Origin: Mayamaea pseudoterrestris
Lineage: Eukaryota
Length of the DNA: 64,000 nucleotides
Assembly: GCA_027923505.1 (NCBI GenBank)
Contig: BROI01000006.1
Location: 620,001-684,000, forward strand
Reading direction: 5' to 3'
Below are positions 11,159 through 22,680 of the stretch, in pieces. The translations under genes and the position numbers were made by a program. Numbering within the stretch: position 1 is the first letter of the stretch; each line of letters starts with the position of its first letter. The notes beneath the pieces were generated by a model. It was not told the origin of the DNA. It was given only the letters and a program-made list of their open reading frames with translations, and ran no database searches.

Positions 11159-11971
11159 TTAAAGGGGAACAGTCACCCACTCGTCGGGGATTTCTCCCAC
11201 CGCATTCAGCAGCGTCGGGTCGTTCATCAGCGACTCGAAATCCTCGCTGCGGAGCGAGTCAAAGTCGTGGCGCGACATGACAACTGGTCCCGGATAAGCA
11301 AACGGGTGGTGCTGCTGGACATTGTACTCCCCCATGTTCTTCAAAATCAACTGCTGGCGCTCAAAGATAAACGGCTCGGTAGTATTCGCAGCAGTCGTCT
11401 GCTTCCAGTCAATTGGCTCCAAATCTTCCGGGAGCAGCGTAATGCTGTTGCTGCGCGTCACCAATGGAGACGGCGAGCGAGTGCGAAGACTTGGCTGTGC
11501 CGAGGAACCGTCAAGAACGTTCCACGAAACCTGGCGGCGATGGCTCTTTTTGCTGCTGCTGTACGTGGCAGCCGCCAATGACTTTCGGACTCCTTGGATG
11601 GAAGCGCTGGTATTGCTGCATGCGCCGCTCGACTTGGCGGCGAAACGAAGAGCATGTGACGTTTTATCACGAGCGACTTGGTCGCTAATCTCGTTCCAGC
11701 CTTGGCCACACCGAGAAGGCTGGAGAAAGCGAGCATTGTATTTTTGCTGCAATGTCGTGACAATCTCCTTGGTGACTTGCATCTTGGACTGCTTCGTCAC
11801 GACCTTGGCGTATACTGGCGCGTAGGAGACAATCATATCGCGGAAAACGGCGTTCCCTTGATGACGAGCAAACGTCTTGTCTTTGCCACATAAAATGTCC
11901 GTGGATGTAGGATTCGAGATGAGCGATTGATCAATGCTATTCTTGCGCATGTTATTGTTAATGATTGCCAT
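11159..11971 (-). CDS. DUF6824-domain protein (diatom-expanded putative transcription factor)
   Basis: DILCGKDK...HQGN..FR, K..VTKEIV, ARFL and W.EI....ARDKTSHALR. First ATG at 11971. Confidence 0.88.
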   Translation of the reverse strand: MAIINNNMRKNSIDQSLISNPTSTDILCGKDKTFARHQGNAVFRDMIVSYAPVYAKVVTKQSKMQVTKEIVTTLQQKYNARFLQPSRCGQGWNEISDQVARDKTSHALRFAAKSSGACSNTSASIQGVRKSLAAATYSSSKKSHRRQVSWNVLDGSSAQPSLRTRSPSPLVTRSNSITLLPEDLEPIDWKQTTAANTTEPFIFERQQLILKNMGEYNVQQHHPFAYPGPVVMSRHDFDSLRSEDFESLMNDPTLLNAVGEIPDEWVTVPL

Positions 11972-12808
11972 GGTTGGTAAAATTGTATGAGTGAAAAGAG
12001 TCAATGAGCGTGATAGCTTTTGACTGTCTTTGGATTGAGATTTGTGATGAGAAGTCGCGTGCTTTCGCGAGCTACCGTTGCATGCGGCGAGCTATCGTGG
12101 AAATGGGCGCAGACAAGGTCACGTAGGGTTAAGGATAGTATCACGAATGAAAAACGGCATTGGGCAAGATCATTTGATTGGCTAGAGCACGATTTTCTTA
12201 GTCGCGCAGAATGCTTTGCCGGCTCCCGTTGATTCGTGGTTCGAAACATTTAGCTAAGGAATCCGGCCGAAACCTTGCCAAACGCGCATGGCGATCACGC
12301 GTGACAAGTGGCAAGTTCGGCGATGGAATCGGGCGTGTCAGAACATCCCGCAGACGGGTCAAGTACGCGTAGTATGCTACCGCAAGCTTGTGCAGCCTTA
12401 TACGTTTCGTCCAATCCAGAGATACATGTTATAGGCCAGGCTATTTAGTCACTGCAAGTGCATCCTCATTCCCGTCGAGGCAAATTATGATCAAGCATAG
12501 TTCATGTATGGTTCGTGGCAACATACTGTCATCACCTCGCTACGTCGGACGTAGTACATGGCTGTGCCCCGGTAGGCTCAAGTTGCTGGAGATTTAAAAG
12601 GAAGTTTGAATGAAAGGTTAAACATGCCGGCTGCGTCATCGCGGCTCTTTACGGCCGCATCTGCCATAAGCGGGGGAAGAACCTGCATGCGAGAAAGTAC
12701 GGAACCGTTACATTGACTGGCATCATCTACTTCCCGCGCGAAGAAGCTGCGCTGTCGACCAAGGCCTTCCATTTACGCATGCGCAATCCACCGCAGCAAA
12801 TTAAGTTA

Positions 12809-12864
12809 TATCTATATAAGATGCGCTTGACAGTTAGATGTATCTATATAAGATGCCCTTGACA
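12809..12864 (+). repeat. 24-bp direct repeat (2 copies, period 32) in a divergent intergenic region
   Basis: tatctatataagatgc[g/c]cttgaca at 12809-12832 and 12841-12864 (23/24 identical). Confidence 0.9.
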
Positions 12865-13069
12865 TACATATACAAACCATCTTTATGCAGTCTACGGTAG
12901 TTCCCGGTTGAAGGCTTGCAAATCGAAGGCGACTTGCCTTGGCTAGTGCGTGTCGCACCGATACACAATGTGGCGCGCATCGCCGCGCCTGTCGGACATT
13001 CGAGCCGATGAACGCTCTCTCCGAAAGCAAACGAGTGCATCCAATCCATCACTGCACAAACCTTCGGCT

Positions 13070-16000
13070 ATGACAGCCAGCAGCGACTTGCTTGCCACTA
13101 CAATGGACAATGAGAATACTGAAAATGTAGCCGAAACGACGGCCTACTCGTCGTTTCTGGGAGGCCGGCGTCGGGGAGCATTTGGGCGTTCCAAGCATGA
13201 AAATGACGACGAGGGACCCCATGACGGCAATGACAAGACTGCGGCTCCATCAATTATTGCTGCCTCTGCAATGGAAGACGAATCAAGCACAATGCTGCCA
13301 GTCGGTGAGACGCAAACACCAAGGACGGATCTCTTTGACCTTGATGACGAGAGCAATGATGGCGAGAATGAGTTTGAAAGCGATTTGGACGAGCCGAGTC
13401 AAGAGTTGTCGACTGTTGCACCTCGCCGTCAAACAGACGACCATGATGTCATGATGGACACTGAAGCATTGTCTCAGGATGATAACGCGGATGACGAAGA
13501 AGCTTTTGCGGCTGAGCAGCAGTCGAATAATCATCATCATAATGCTGCTGACACAAACACCAGCGACAATGATGACGATGATGATGATGCGCCTCCGACG
13601 GAACCCAAGGAACTATCGCTTGAATCCATCATCCAAAGCACCGACGAGCTCTTTGCCGGTATTGAAGACAAATTTGCCGTCACGGTCAAGGATGTCTTGT
13701 TGGCGCTCCAGGATGAGTATCAGCTCAAGCAAGCCTTGTCCAAGGACATGAGGAGTGCTGTTCGAAGTCGTCTGGTTGAGCTCATTCAACTTGAGCAGCA
13801 GCAGGAAGCAGAATCTGATGCTGACGATGAAAGCGCAGTTGGTACCGCTGATGACAGTGAAGACGACGACATAGACGACGAATTGATGTCGAAACAAAAG
13901 ACATCTCGCACCAAGTCGGGACCATCGCGTCCCAACGCTCGCGCATTGCGCAAAACTAAGGCATCCGCCATGCGCATCCACGCCGCGCAGCTCCGCAAGC
14001 GTCGCATGGAGGAATTAAAGGTGCGCAACGAGGAGCTTCAGGCGGCCGAAAATGTGCAAGACCAGGAGCGATCCGATCGCATTGCCGCAAAGTTTGAAAC
14101 AAATACGGACGAGCTTCGTTTGCAGCGGCTCGAGCAGAAATTGGGGTTATTGCAAAAGTTGGATCGGAAGCGAGTCAATATTATTGTGCAGCAGCAAAAA
14201 CTTGTTGTCAAGGATAAAGTCCAGCCGGCGGAACAAGTAGCTGGCAATGCTCCGATCGAGGAGGAAGAATCATCGGAGGATGATGACGACATGGAACTCG
14301 AATTAGTGGGAGCAAGGACAACCTCGACATTGCGACAATACCACAAGTCTTCCGCCCTTTCACTCTTGGATATGATGGCGAAACCGCATAGCGCGGTCGC
14401 CAAGCAATACATGGAGCGTCACCATTCATCCAAACCCAAAAAGCCAGTCAGTCATCGTTCTCCCGGAAAGAGTATGAATGCACGCGCTGCTCTCAAAAAC
14501 AAGCTTCGGTCCAAATCAACGAAAATGGGCAACGCTTGGCTAGCTCGAGAACTTGGATACAAGACGGAGGAGGAGCATCTCAAAGACTGCTTGGTTGTTG
14601 AGGAGCGCAAGCGAGTACGCGCACTAAAGCTGGAGGAGGAGCGCATCAAGCTCAACGAATTTCGCCGCGAGCGTATGTTGGCGGACGGGTATGATGAAGA
14701 GGAAGACGAGAAAGAGCACGAGAATAGTGGCGGTATAGTTGCTGACAGCGACGCAGCAAAGGGTGACGATCAGTTTGATGCCGACGATGAAGAGGAAGAC
14801 GAGGAAATGGCCATGGCCAGGGAAATTGAGCAAGAAGAGGCTACACAAGAGAGTGGGAATGAAAGCATGGAACCAGTCATTGACGATAGTTCATCAGTCG
14901 CTGAAGGCAATGCCATTTTTCCCGCTCCCAAAGTTGAGCCTCAGCCTGGCGTCGTTCCGCTCGCTGAAAATCCCACTATTGACCAGAAATCATTGGAAGA
15001 TTCGAATGACGCCAATATGAATGCTCCAGCGGCGCAGGACGCAGCGCTTTCGTTGGAGCCAACGTCGCCTTCCTTAAGTCGTTTTGTCTCGGAAAGTTCG
15101 GCCGCACCCCATGATGCTATTATACCAGCAAATAACGAGCAAGACGACTGGAATGATTCTAATATGGAAACTACTGAAGATGTGAAAGCAATTGAAGGAG
15201 AACCTGAAAAGCCAAAAGGGCCACGAAACAGTGGTTGGCAAGCTGTGCTCAGGAAGGAAGCTGAACAAATGAAAAAGTTGAAGAGACGCAAAGGCGCCGG
15301 CTTGGTGGAAGACGAGGCTGACGAAGAAGAGGAAGAAGAGGTTGCTGGACTTGAAGACTTTGGTTTCACTGTCAAGAAGAAAAAGGATGACGACGACGAT
15401 GAACGAGTTGACGATGAAATCAACGAGGACGATCTTGAACATGTTGTGGACGACTTGTCCGATAACGAAGGCGACGAAGACGCGGGAGAGCAAGCGCGCA
15501 AACTCCAAGAGAAGAAGGAAGAGAAGGAACGCCACAAGGAAATGATGCGCCGTATGCGCGACGGCTACGATGGTAGAAGGGGTGGAATTGCTGTCGGTGG
15601 AGCAGGTGCTCGAGGTATGCATCGCTTTGACCAGTTGGTGGCGGCAGACAATAGAGAAGACGCCAAGCGGCTCGGTCTATTAAATGATGATGAGCTGGAT
15701 AGTGACGACGAGGAAGGAGACGAAAAGAATGCTCCTGACGACGAGGAAGACGAAGTTGCTCTTTTAGATAAGATGCTGAAGGATCGTTTCCTGCATCGTA
15801 GCTCCGAGCTGGACCTGGAAGAAAACTTCTCCGACGACGAAGACAATGCGGCCGAGGATGATATCGCAGCTGGTGGCACTGGTAACCAAGATGAAGAGGA
15901 AGAGAAGGAACAAGAGCGCCTAGCTAAGCGCTTTGCCAAGCGAGCCCGCATGCAACGTTTAATGGAACTGCATGGCCAAGACGAAGAATTCTCACAAAAT

Positions 16001-16530
16001 CGCTTGCTCGAAGAAGACACAATGCTAAAAGATGAACTAAGTCAGATGAAGGTAAGTCTAAGTTGTTTTTTCGTTCGCTACTAAATTCGTCCCGCGCTCA
16101 CGCATCTTCACTTCCCCAGACTGGTCTGGCAAGGAAGCGAAATCAAACTACGTCAATCCATTCAACCACTGTTTCTCTGATGAACACCAAAAAGCAGAAA
16201 ACCGCTGGTCTATTTGGACAAAGCGTTCTGGCCAAGAGCAGCTTGGCCACTGCTTTGCAGGCCAGTCGCCCCGGTTCCAAGTCCCGCACCAGCTTTTTGC
16301 GCGCTGGCTCCACGGTAAGCGGTGGCAATGACGCAACCGCCTCTTTCCAAAAGAGCATTGCATTCAAAAATGTCATTTTCCATTCAAATGACAGTCGCAG
16401 CAACATGTCATCGTCTCTTGGAGTTGGCAAGACTTTCGCGGCTGCGTCCAAGACGAGCAATCGACCAACCAAGTCGAATCCGGGAACCTCCTTGTGGGCC
16501 AAGGCCGTGAGTGGTTTCCAGAGGACCTGA
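13070..16530 (+). CDS. large acidic nuclear protein, Claspin/Mrc1-like (replication checkpoint mediator)
   Basis: The ORF joins exon 16120..16530 through intron 16052..16119. LVEDEADEEEEEEVAGL...VVDD...E.K...RMRDG resembles the MRC1 domain, and VTVKDVLLALQDEY...VRSRLVELI is DEK-C-like. The gene is secure; the family call is tentative. The start could be ATG 12968. Confidence 0.6.
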
Positions 16531-16861
16531 TGAATGACGTCATTAAGATTTAACTTATCAATAGTCGTCGTCTTATAGAAAGGAACATGCATGTACATAC
16601 CGTCAGTTCATGGTGAAATAAATCTATCAGTACCGGTAGCTAAAGATGATCCGTTATTCGGGTCGACAGCCGCGCGCGCAAGCCTTGCTTGACGTTTCGA
16701 AGCGCTCGGGTTTGAAAAACTTGTCACACGAGACAGATGCCATCTCCAAATCCATCACTGATCCTTCCTTCCTCGGTCGAAGTCGACTCTCTTGATTGCC
16801 TTCTGTTAAACTTGGCAAACGCTGTTAAAAGATTATAGAAATACAAAGACGAGGCGTTACA

Positions 16862-19800
16862 ATGGCTCCTAGACTCGAGCTACGACGGCGGTGCAGCTTG
16901 TCGACAGGCACTCTTCTACTGCTGTCGCTCGGCTTGCCGTGGCGATCAAAATCGTTCCAGCAGCCCTCGCAACCACTTCAACGGCGACGAATACGTAGTC
17001 TGTCAACATTAAATGTACACATGTTTGATCCCTTCCAAGGAGCTTCGCGATATGTTGCTTCGGAAGAGGTCGACGACGCCGAGACGGATGACAGTGTCGG
17101 CGTTGCTGCTTCTAATAAAGCTGTAACTACTAGTAGCAATGGCGCGACAGATCGTAGCCATGGTTCCAACAGGTCGTGGAGTCATGGTGCTGCATCCTCG
17201 TCGAGCAGTCACAGTGGGTCCGTGTACATTGGAGGTGCGAACGAAACCACTGCCTCGAGCCATGGACTGGAACGCAGCAATCTTATCAATGCGGACGCCA
17301 TTTCAAATCTTGGATCAGCAGTCGCTGGAGGCGGCTCTAACGGCAGTATGCTTAGCAATGAAGCAACTTCTCGAAAATCCTACGCTAGCGAAGCAGTAAA
17401 GAGTGGCGATAAAGCGGCTAATCTACAAGTTCTTGGTTCGGTTCCTTCAATGCGCGATTTATACAATCGCATTGGTTTGCTGCAGCGAGAAATAAAGGCA
17501 AGAAATGCCGAAGTGCAAGGAACAGTAACAAAGTTATCAAATGCAACTGTCAAGGTTGCCTCTCGATTGCAGTCGTCGACGGAAAATGTTCATCAGATTG
17601 TCAGCGAGTTAAAACTTAAGGCCGAGGCAGCACAAAAGGACGTTAGACTAAAGGATGAGGCAGTCCAACGTGTCCAGCGAGAGTTTGATCGATTAGAAGA
17701 GTCTACAAGCGCAAAACTGCGCCTATTGACCGAGCAGTTGCAGGATCAAAAGTTCAAGTCGCACGAATCACAAGTTGCGGCGCAGCAAAAAGCGAACGAC
17801 GAGCAGGCAAAGCTGCGAACGAGTATAAAAATATTGGAAGAGAAGTTGGCACAGCAAGCTAATGCAACCACGATACAGACGCAGCGAGCGGATGAGTATC
17901 TACAAGAGCGACTTGCAGTGGAGCGCGAGTTGAAAACGACAAAGGAGGCATTGCAGGCCAGTGTTTCTGATTTGGAAACCCGACTGAGCCAACTCAAAGT
18001 GAAACATGAGAAAGAGCAGTCGCAATTCGAGAAAACACGCCAAGAGGAACTGCAGAGTTTACGCAATGATCTCGAAAAGGTCGTCCGCGAAGCCAATGAA
18101 AGCAAAACATCGCTTGAAAACGAGCTCAAGGCAAAGGATTCTGAGCATAAGCAGTTCATGCAGCAGCTGCATACTCAGAGCGCTGAAAAAGAAAAGACAA
18201 TGAATGAAAAGCTCCAGCACTTTGCCAACGAGCTTCAGCGCGTCATGTCGGAATCGCAAGAGCGTCTCGCGGCAGAGACTGAGAAGACTGTCAGCGAGCG
18301 TCAAAAACTTTTGGATGAAATTCAAAAGAAGGAGGAAGAGCTGAAGAATGAGTCGGCAAAGGTCTCAAATCTTGATTCCAAAATCAGCGATTACGATAAT
18401 AAGACGCGCAAGCTGGAAAGCACTCTGAGTACACTCAAGACTGAGCACGAGCAATTGTTGGCCGACACGAAGAAACGTGTTGAAGAGCTGAAGCAGACTC
18501 ACCTAGGCGAGCGCAACGAATTGGAGTCAAAGCTTTTTTTAGCCAAGGACGAAGCAAGCCGCTTGACTGAAAAGAATATCGAGCTGACGCGTGACATTGA
18601 AGATTTAGAGCAAAAATTGAAACAGCAGCAGGAAAGATCTCGAACTTTGCTGGAGGAGGCACGCTTTGCTACTGCACAAGTCACGGATGAATTGCAGTTC
18701 CAAATAAAGGCAGCGCAAAATGAGCTAACCGAGCAAATCAAACTGAACGAGGAAATGAAAGAACGAGAACAGAAACATTTTGTGCGGATTGCTGACCTTG
18801 GTGGCGAGCTATCCGCTTTAAAGAACAAGTTTGCACGCGAGCTAGCCTTATGGGAGAGCCGGTACAAGTCAATGCATGAGGCTCAATCTGCCGAACGTGT
18901 TGTAGCCAACACCACTCTCGCACAAATAACGAGAGAGGCGGCAACGAATTATTCGCGAGCTGTCCAGGAAGCGAAACAACAACAAGCTACGTTGGAGCAA
19001 CAGTTGCTCGCAAAAGATTCTGCTATTATTGATCTCAAGGCTCAACAGAACATGACAGTGCAAGAATTGAACGCGAAGATTGAGTCAGCGAAAACTGATT
19101 TGAATCGAACAAAGTTAGAGGCGGAAACTACACTTGCAACTGAGCAGCGAGAGGCAGCTGAGAAGCTTTCGTCTCTTCAGTGCCAGATTGATGCGAAGGA
19201 GGCTCTCGTTGTCGAATTGTCGCACGTGAAGCGGAAATTGGAGACGGAGAATCAGAAACAAGTGGCTACTCGAATCAAACTGGAAGAAGAGCTTGCTCTG
19301 ATGAAAACTCGTTATGCTCAAGAAGTGCGTCGTTCGGCTGAGCGGATAGATACGCTCCGGGGGGACTTGACAAAGCAGGTGGAAGACCATCGACGTACGA
19401 TAGCAAAGCGGGAAGCTGAAATGGAGCTAGCAGTTCAACGGCACACCCAGGAAATAGAGCGGCAAAAGGACTTAGCAAGTAAGGACCTGGCGACAAAGGA
19501 TTCCGAGCATCGACAGGTGCTACAGCAGTTGCAGCAATCATCAGCACAAAAGCAAACGGAGCTCATGGACCAGATACAGCTCTTAAACAACACCCTGGCG
19601 CATTTAAGGAACGAAACGGAAAGTAGGTTGACCCTGGCAGCGGAAGCTTCACTTGCGCAGCAACACGATCTGCGCTATCAAATATTGCGAAAGGAGGAGG
19701 AGGTTCGTGCTCATCTTCGAACGATACACCAATCTAACATTGCAGTCGAGCAGGCCCGTGCACGGCAACGGTCCACGCATGATGAATTCCTAGCGTTAAA

Positions 19801-21433
19801 AAGCAAATACAAGTCTTTAAAGGCGGAGTGGGAAGGGAAATACGAAGCTTTAGAGGATAATCGCCGGAAGGAACAACAAGACTTTCAGTCGGAAACGACG
19901 CGGCGCGAGGCTGAGGCTCAAACAAAGGTTGATAGCACTCTTGAACATCTGAGGGGGAAGGAGGCAGAGTTTATGCGCTGCTTGAAGTCGATGGACCGCG
20001 ACTATCGTCAGAAGTTGAGTGACCTGCATCAGCAATACCAAAACCGGGAGAAAGATCTTGCCAGTAGAATCGAAGTCGAGAAAACGAAGCTTGAGGAGGC
20101 TATGAAGTCGGCAGAATCCGCGTTGAAGTCTGAGCGACTGATGTTTCAAGAGAAGGAGATCGCTTTGCAAACGGCTCTTGACGAAAAAGTTGAGGCCGTT
20201 CGCCTAACATCTCAGACATTAAAGGACCTCAGAGACAAACAAACTACACAGGAAGAATTAGTGCAACGATTAGAAAAAGATCTTGGTCGATTGAAGGCCG
20301 AGCATGCAAGTGCAATAGATCAATGGACTGAGCGGTGTAAAGTACTCGAAGAGAAGGCGCAAGCAATGCAGGTTGTCCATCAAGCTGAGCTTCATAAGAA
20401 GGACGAAGAAGTAAAACGTGCGGTCAACGACGCCCAAGCCAAGGTGGAGAGGATACGAGTTAATACGGAATTGGCAACCAAAGCTAGAGACGCTATCTAT
20501 GATCAAAAGGTTACAAATATGCAGGCTTCTCTCAAGGCCGCTGAGCTTGAACTAGAGGGCCGAGTTGGCCAACTTCAGATGTCTGATAGCGAGGCAAAAC
20601 AGAAACATGCGGAGCTTCTGGAGAAGTTTAAAGAGAAAGAGAAGGAGTTAAATGATCAGCTGGCTCAAACAAAGGAACAAATGGCCGAGGGTGTCAAACT
20701 GCGGCAGGCGCAATCGGATTTGGAAGCGATGTTAAAATCGCTGACGAAGGAGCAAGAGACCACAATCGCCGATTGGATATCAAAGTATAACTTATTGGAG
20801 GACTCTCTTGCCAATGTACAACAAGCTAATGCTGAGGCACTGTCACGCAAGGAATCGGAATGGAAAGGTCGCATGGATGCCGCAGTCGCTGCCTTTGCCG
20901 AGGAGAAGAGAGTCCTAGAGACAGCTCTGAGTCACAAGGCCAAGTTGCTTAGTCAAAATGCAATATCACTGAAAGAGGCGTCGTTGCAAAAGGAGAAGGA
21001 CCTGAAGAGTAGATTACAAGCTATCACTGATGAGTTTCAACGATACAAGTTTTCGTCTCATCAGGCCCTCATGGAAGCCCAGCGCCAAGCAAAAGCGTCA
21101 ACTGCAGATACTGCAATCCATGATGAAGCCAAAACAGACTCGAGCTCCCTTGAGCATATTCGGTTTGATCTGTCGAAGCTTCTCGTCAAGAAGGAAGTGG
21201 AAATAATGCGGAAACAAGCCGATGGCGAAACACATCAATCATCGTCAAGCGAGCAGCAACAAGTTCCGCGAAAAAGAAAAAAGCCCGATCGAGAAAAACC
21301 CAAGCCTCTTATAAAACAAAAGCGAAAGTCGATTAGGGAACGACTGGCTGCCATCTTTTTTAGGTCGCCAGATGAATCGTCGTCGACGTCGCGACAAGCA
21401 AATGCCGACAAGGAGCTTTCCTATCGACGGTAG
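16862..21433 (+). CDS. 1523-aa coiled-coil protein with putative signal peptide
   Basis: 4.6-kb uninterrupted ORF, E/K/Q/L-rich heptads over about 1200 aa, hydrophobic N-terminus followed by KS-FQQP. Confidence 0.85.
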   Translation: MAPRLELRRRCSLSTGTLLLLSLGLPWRSKSFQQPSQPLQRRRIRSLSTLNVHMFDPFQGASRYVASEEVDDAETDDSVGVAASNKAVTTSSNGATDRSHGSNRSWSHGAASSSSSHSGSVYIGGANETTASSHGLERSNLINADAISNLGSAVAGGGSNGSMLSNEATSRKSYASEAVKSGDKAANLQVLGSVPSMRDLYNRIGLLQREIKARNAEVQGTVTKLSNATVKVASRLQSSTENVHQIVSELKLKAEAAQKDVRLKDEAVQRVQREFDRLEESTSAKLRLLTEQLQDQKFKSHESQVAAQQKANDEQAKLRTSIKILEEKLAQQANATTIQTQRADEYLQERLAVERELKTTKEALQASVSDLETRLSQLKVKHEKEQSQFEKTRQEELQSLRNDLEKVVREANESKTSLENELKAKDSEHKQFMQQLHTQSAEKEKTMNEKLQHFANELQRVMSESQERLAAETEKTVSERQKLLDEIQKKEEELKNESAKVSNLDSKISDYDNKTRKLESTLSTLKTEHEQLLADTKKRVEELKQTHLGERNELESKLFLAKDEASRLTEKNIELTRDIEDLEQKLKQQQERSRTLLEEARFATAQVTDELQFQIKAAQNELTEQIKLNEEMKEREQKHFVRIADLGGELSALKNKFARELALWESRYKSMHEAQSAERVVANTTLAQITREAATNYSRAVQEAKQQQATLEQQLLAKDSAIIDLKAQQNMTVQELNAKIESAKTDLNRTKLEAETTLATEQREAAEKLSSLQCQIDAKEALVVELSHVKRKLETENQKQVATRIKLEEELALMKTRYAQEVRRSAERIDTLRGDLTKQVEDHRRTIAKREAEMELAVQRHTQEIERQKDLASKDLATKDSEHRQVLQQLQQSSAQKQTELMDQIQLLNNTLAHLRNETESRLTLAAEASLAQQHDLRYQILRKEEEVRAHLRTIHQSNIAVEQARARQRSTHDEFLALKSKYKSLKAEWEGKYEALEDNRRKEQQDFQSETTRREAEAQTKVDSTLEHLRGKEAEFMRCLKSMDRDYRQKLSDLHQQYQNREKDLASRIEVEKTKLEEAMKSAESALKSERLMFQEKEIALQTALDEKVEAVRLTSQTLKDLRDKQTTQEELVQRLEKDLGRLKAEHASAIDQWTERCKVLEEKAQAMQVVHQAELHKKDEEVKRAVNDAQAKVERIRVNTELATKARDAIYDQKVTNMQASLKAAELELEGRVGQLQMSDSEAKQKHAELLEKFKEKEKELNDQLAQTKEQMAEGVKLRQAQSDLEAMLKSLTKEQETTIADWISKYNLLEDSLANVQQANAEALSRKESEWKGRMDAAVAAFAEEKRVLETALSHKAKLLSQNAISLKEASLQKEKDLKSRLQAITDEFQRYKFSSHQALMEAQRQAKASTADTAIHDEAKTDSSSLEHIRFDLSKLLVKKEVEIMRKQADGETHQSSSSEQQQVPRKRKKPDREKPKPLIKQKRKSIRERLAAIFFRSPDESSSTSRQANADKELSYRR

Positions 21434-21494
21434 TAAATGTGCATAAATAAGCTTTGATCAAGTTACTCTCTGTAACAAGAAACGACATTTTATA

Positions 21495-22334
21495 CTAAAT
21501 ATTACTATTTTCTGATTTACTCTCTATACTTCGTTTCGGAAAGTTTACAATATCCTTGAACCACGGCTGGGCAACCGTGATGCAAAGCAACGTGCGAACG
21601 TCGCCGTCACGTTGACACTGATTTGCCTTTCCTCGATGCAGCACCCGATAGTCAAACAGCAACACATCGCCTACCGCTAGCAGCGGCGCGACGGGCGATT
21701 GCAGCGTCTTGCGCGCCTTGGCGGAAAGCATCATTGGCACCAGGTGGCGCGTGTGAAAGTGCGTTCCAGGTCGAAGTTCGGTGGGACCATTTTGTTCAGT
21801 GACATTGACCAGCGGCACGAACACGTTGAGGCAGTGGCATGGCAAGTGTTTGGAGACGGATAAATGGCCTCCGTCGGCATGCCACGGCTGATCTATGGAG
21901 CCAGGTGTTGAAACAATGAGGGAAAGGTTGATAATATGCACGTCGCTCCAGCTGTCAAGATAAAGTAGTGGAGGAATGATTCCAGACAGCCGCTCCATCA
22001 AAGAATCCAGAGACGGATGTTTGCTGGCGTTGGAATGAAGGAGCGAAATTTCGTAGCGTCCTGGACTGCGCATGACAATTTCTCGAAAGCAATGCTTCAT
22101 GCCAACGTTGAGCGCATAGACGCGATTGCCGTCGTCATCGTGACGGCAATGGTTTGGAAAGCTCGTATGTCCATTTTCATACAGTGTCTGAAATGTTTCT
22201 TGCCAGTGAATTGTACTAAAGTCTCTCCATTCGTCAAGGACTAATGGTGAGATAATGTCATGGAGCACCAAGAAGCCGTCGCGTTCGAACGTTTCCAGCT
22301 CAGCCAGCGACGACTTTTCAGAGACCTTTAGCAT
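21495..22334 (-). CDS. phytanoyl-CoA dioxygenase (PhyH) family 2OG-Fe(II) oxygenase
   Basis: FERDGFLVL, QPWHADG (HxD), NGPTELRPGTH and GDVLLFDYRVLHRG. Confidence 0.9.
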   Translation of the reverse strand: MLKVSEKSSLAELETFERDGFLVLHDIISPLVLDEWRDFSTIHWQETFQTLYENGHTSFPNHCRHDDDGNRVYALNVGMKHCFREIVMRSPGRYEISLLHSNASKHPSLDSLMERLSGIIPPLLYLDSWSDVHIINLSLIVSTPGSIDQPWHADGGHLSVSKHLPCHCLNVFVPLVNVTEQNGPTELRPGTHFHTRHLVPMMLSAKARKTLQSPVAPLLAVGDVLLFDYRVLHRGKANQCQRDGDVRTLLCITVAQPWFKDIVNFPKRSIESKSENSNI

Positions 22335-22680
22335 GAAAATGATAAACTACTCAACAAGATACGAGATTCTGCAAGCTTAACGTTGCAGCTACGCATTCAA
22401 AGCTATTTCCAAGCTGCCTGTAAGGTGAAGAAACGAGTGATCGTCCATGGTCGAGGCACGAGGCAGGGACCCATTCGTGATCGGCGGTCCAAGACGCACC
22501 GGTACACGCCAGAAACGGTGCGACGCCATGAATGTCACTTCGTTACACAAAGATTTCGCAAGTGCGGCACGCAAAAAGGGCGATGCCGAAGACGATTCGA
22601 AGAAATCTGCTTCCATCCGTCACACATCAAATTGACCTACCAAGCCCCTTTCGCTGCATTACACAAGGAGTCACAATACC

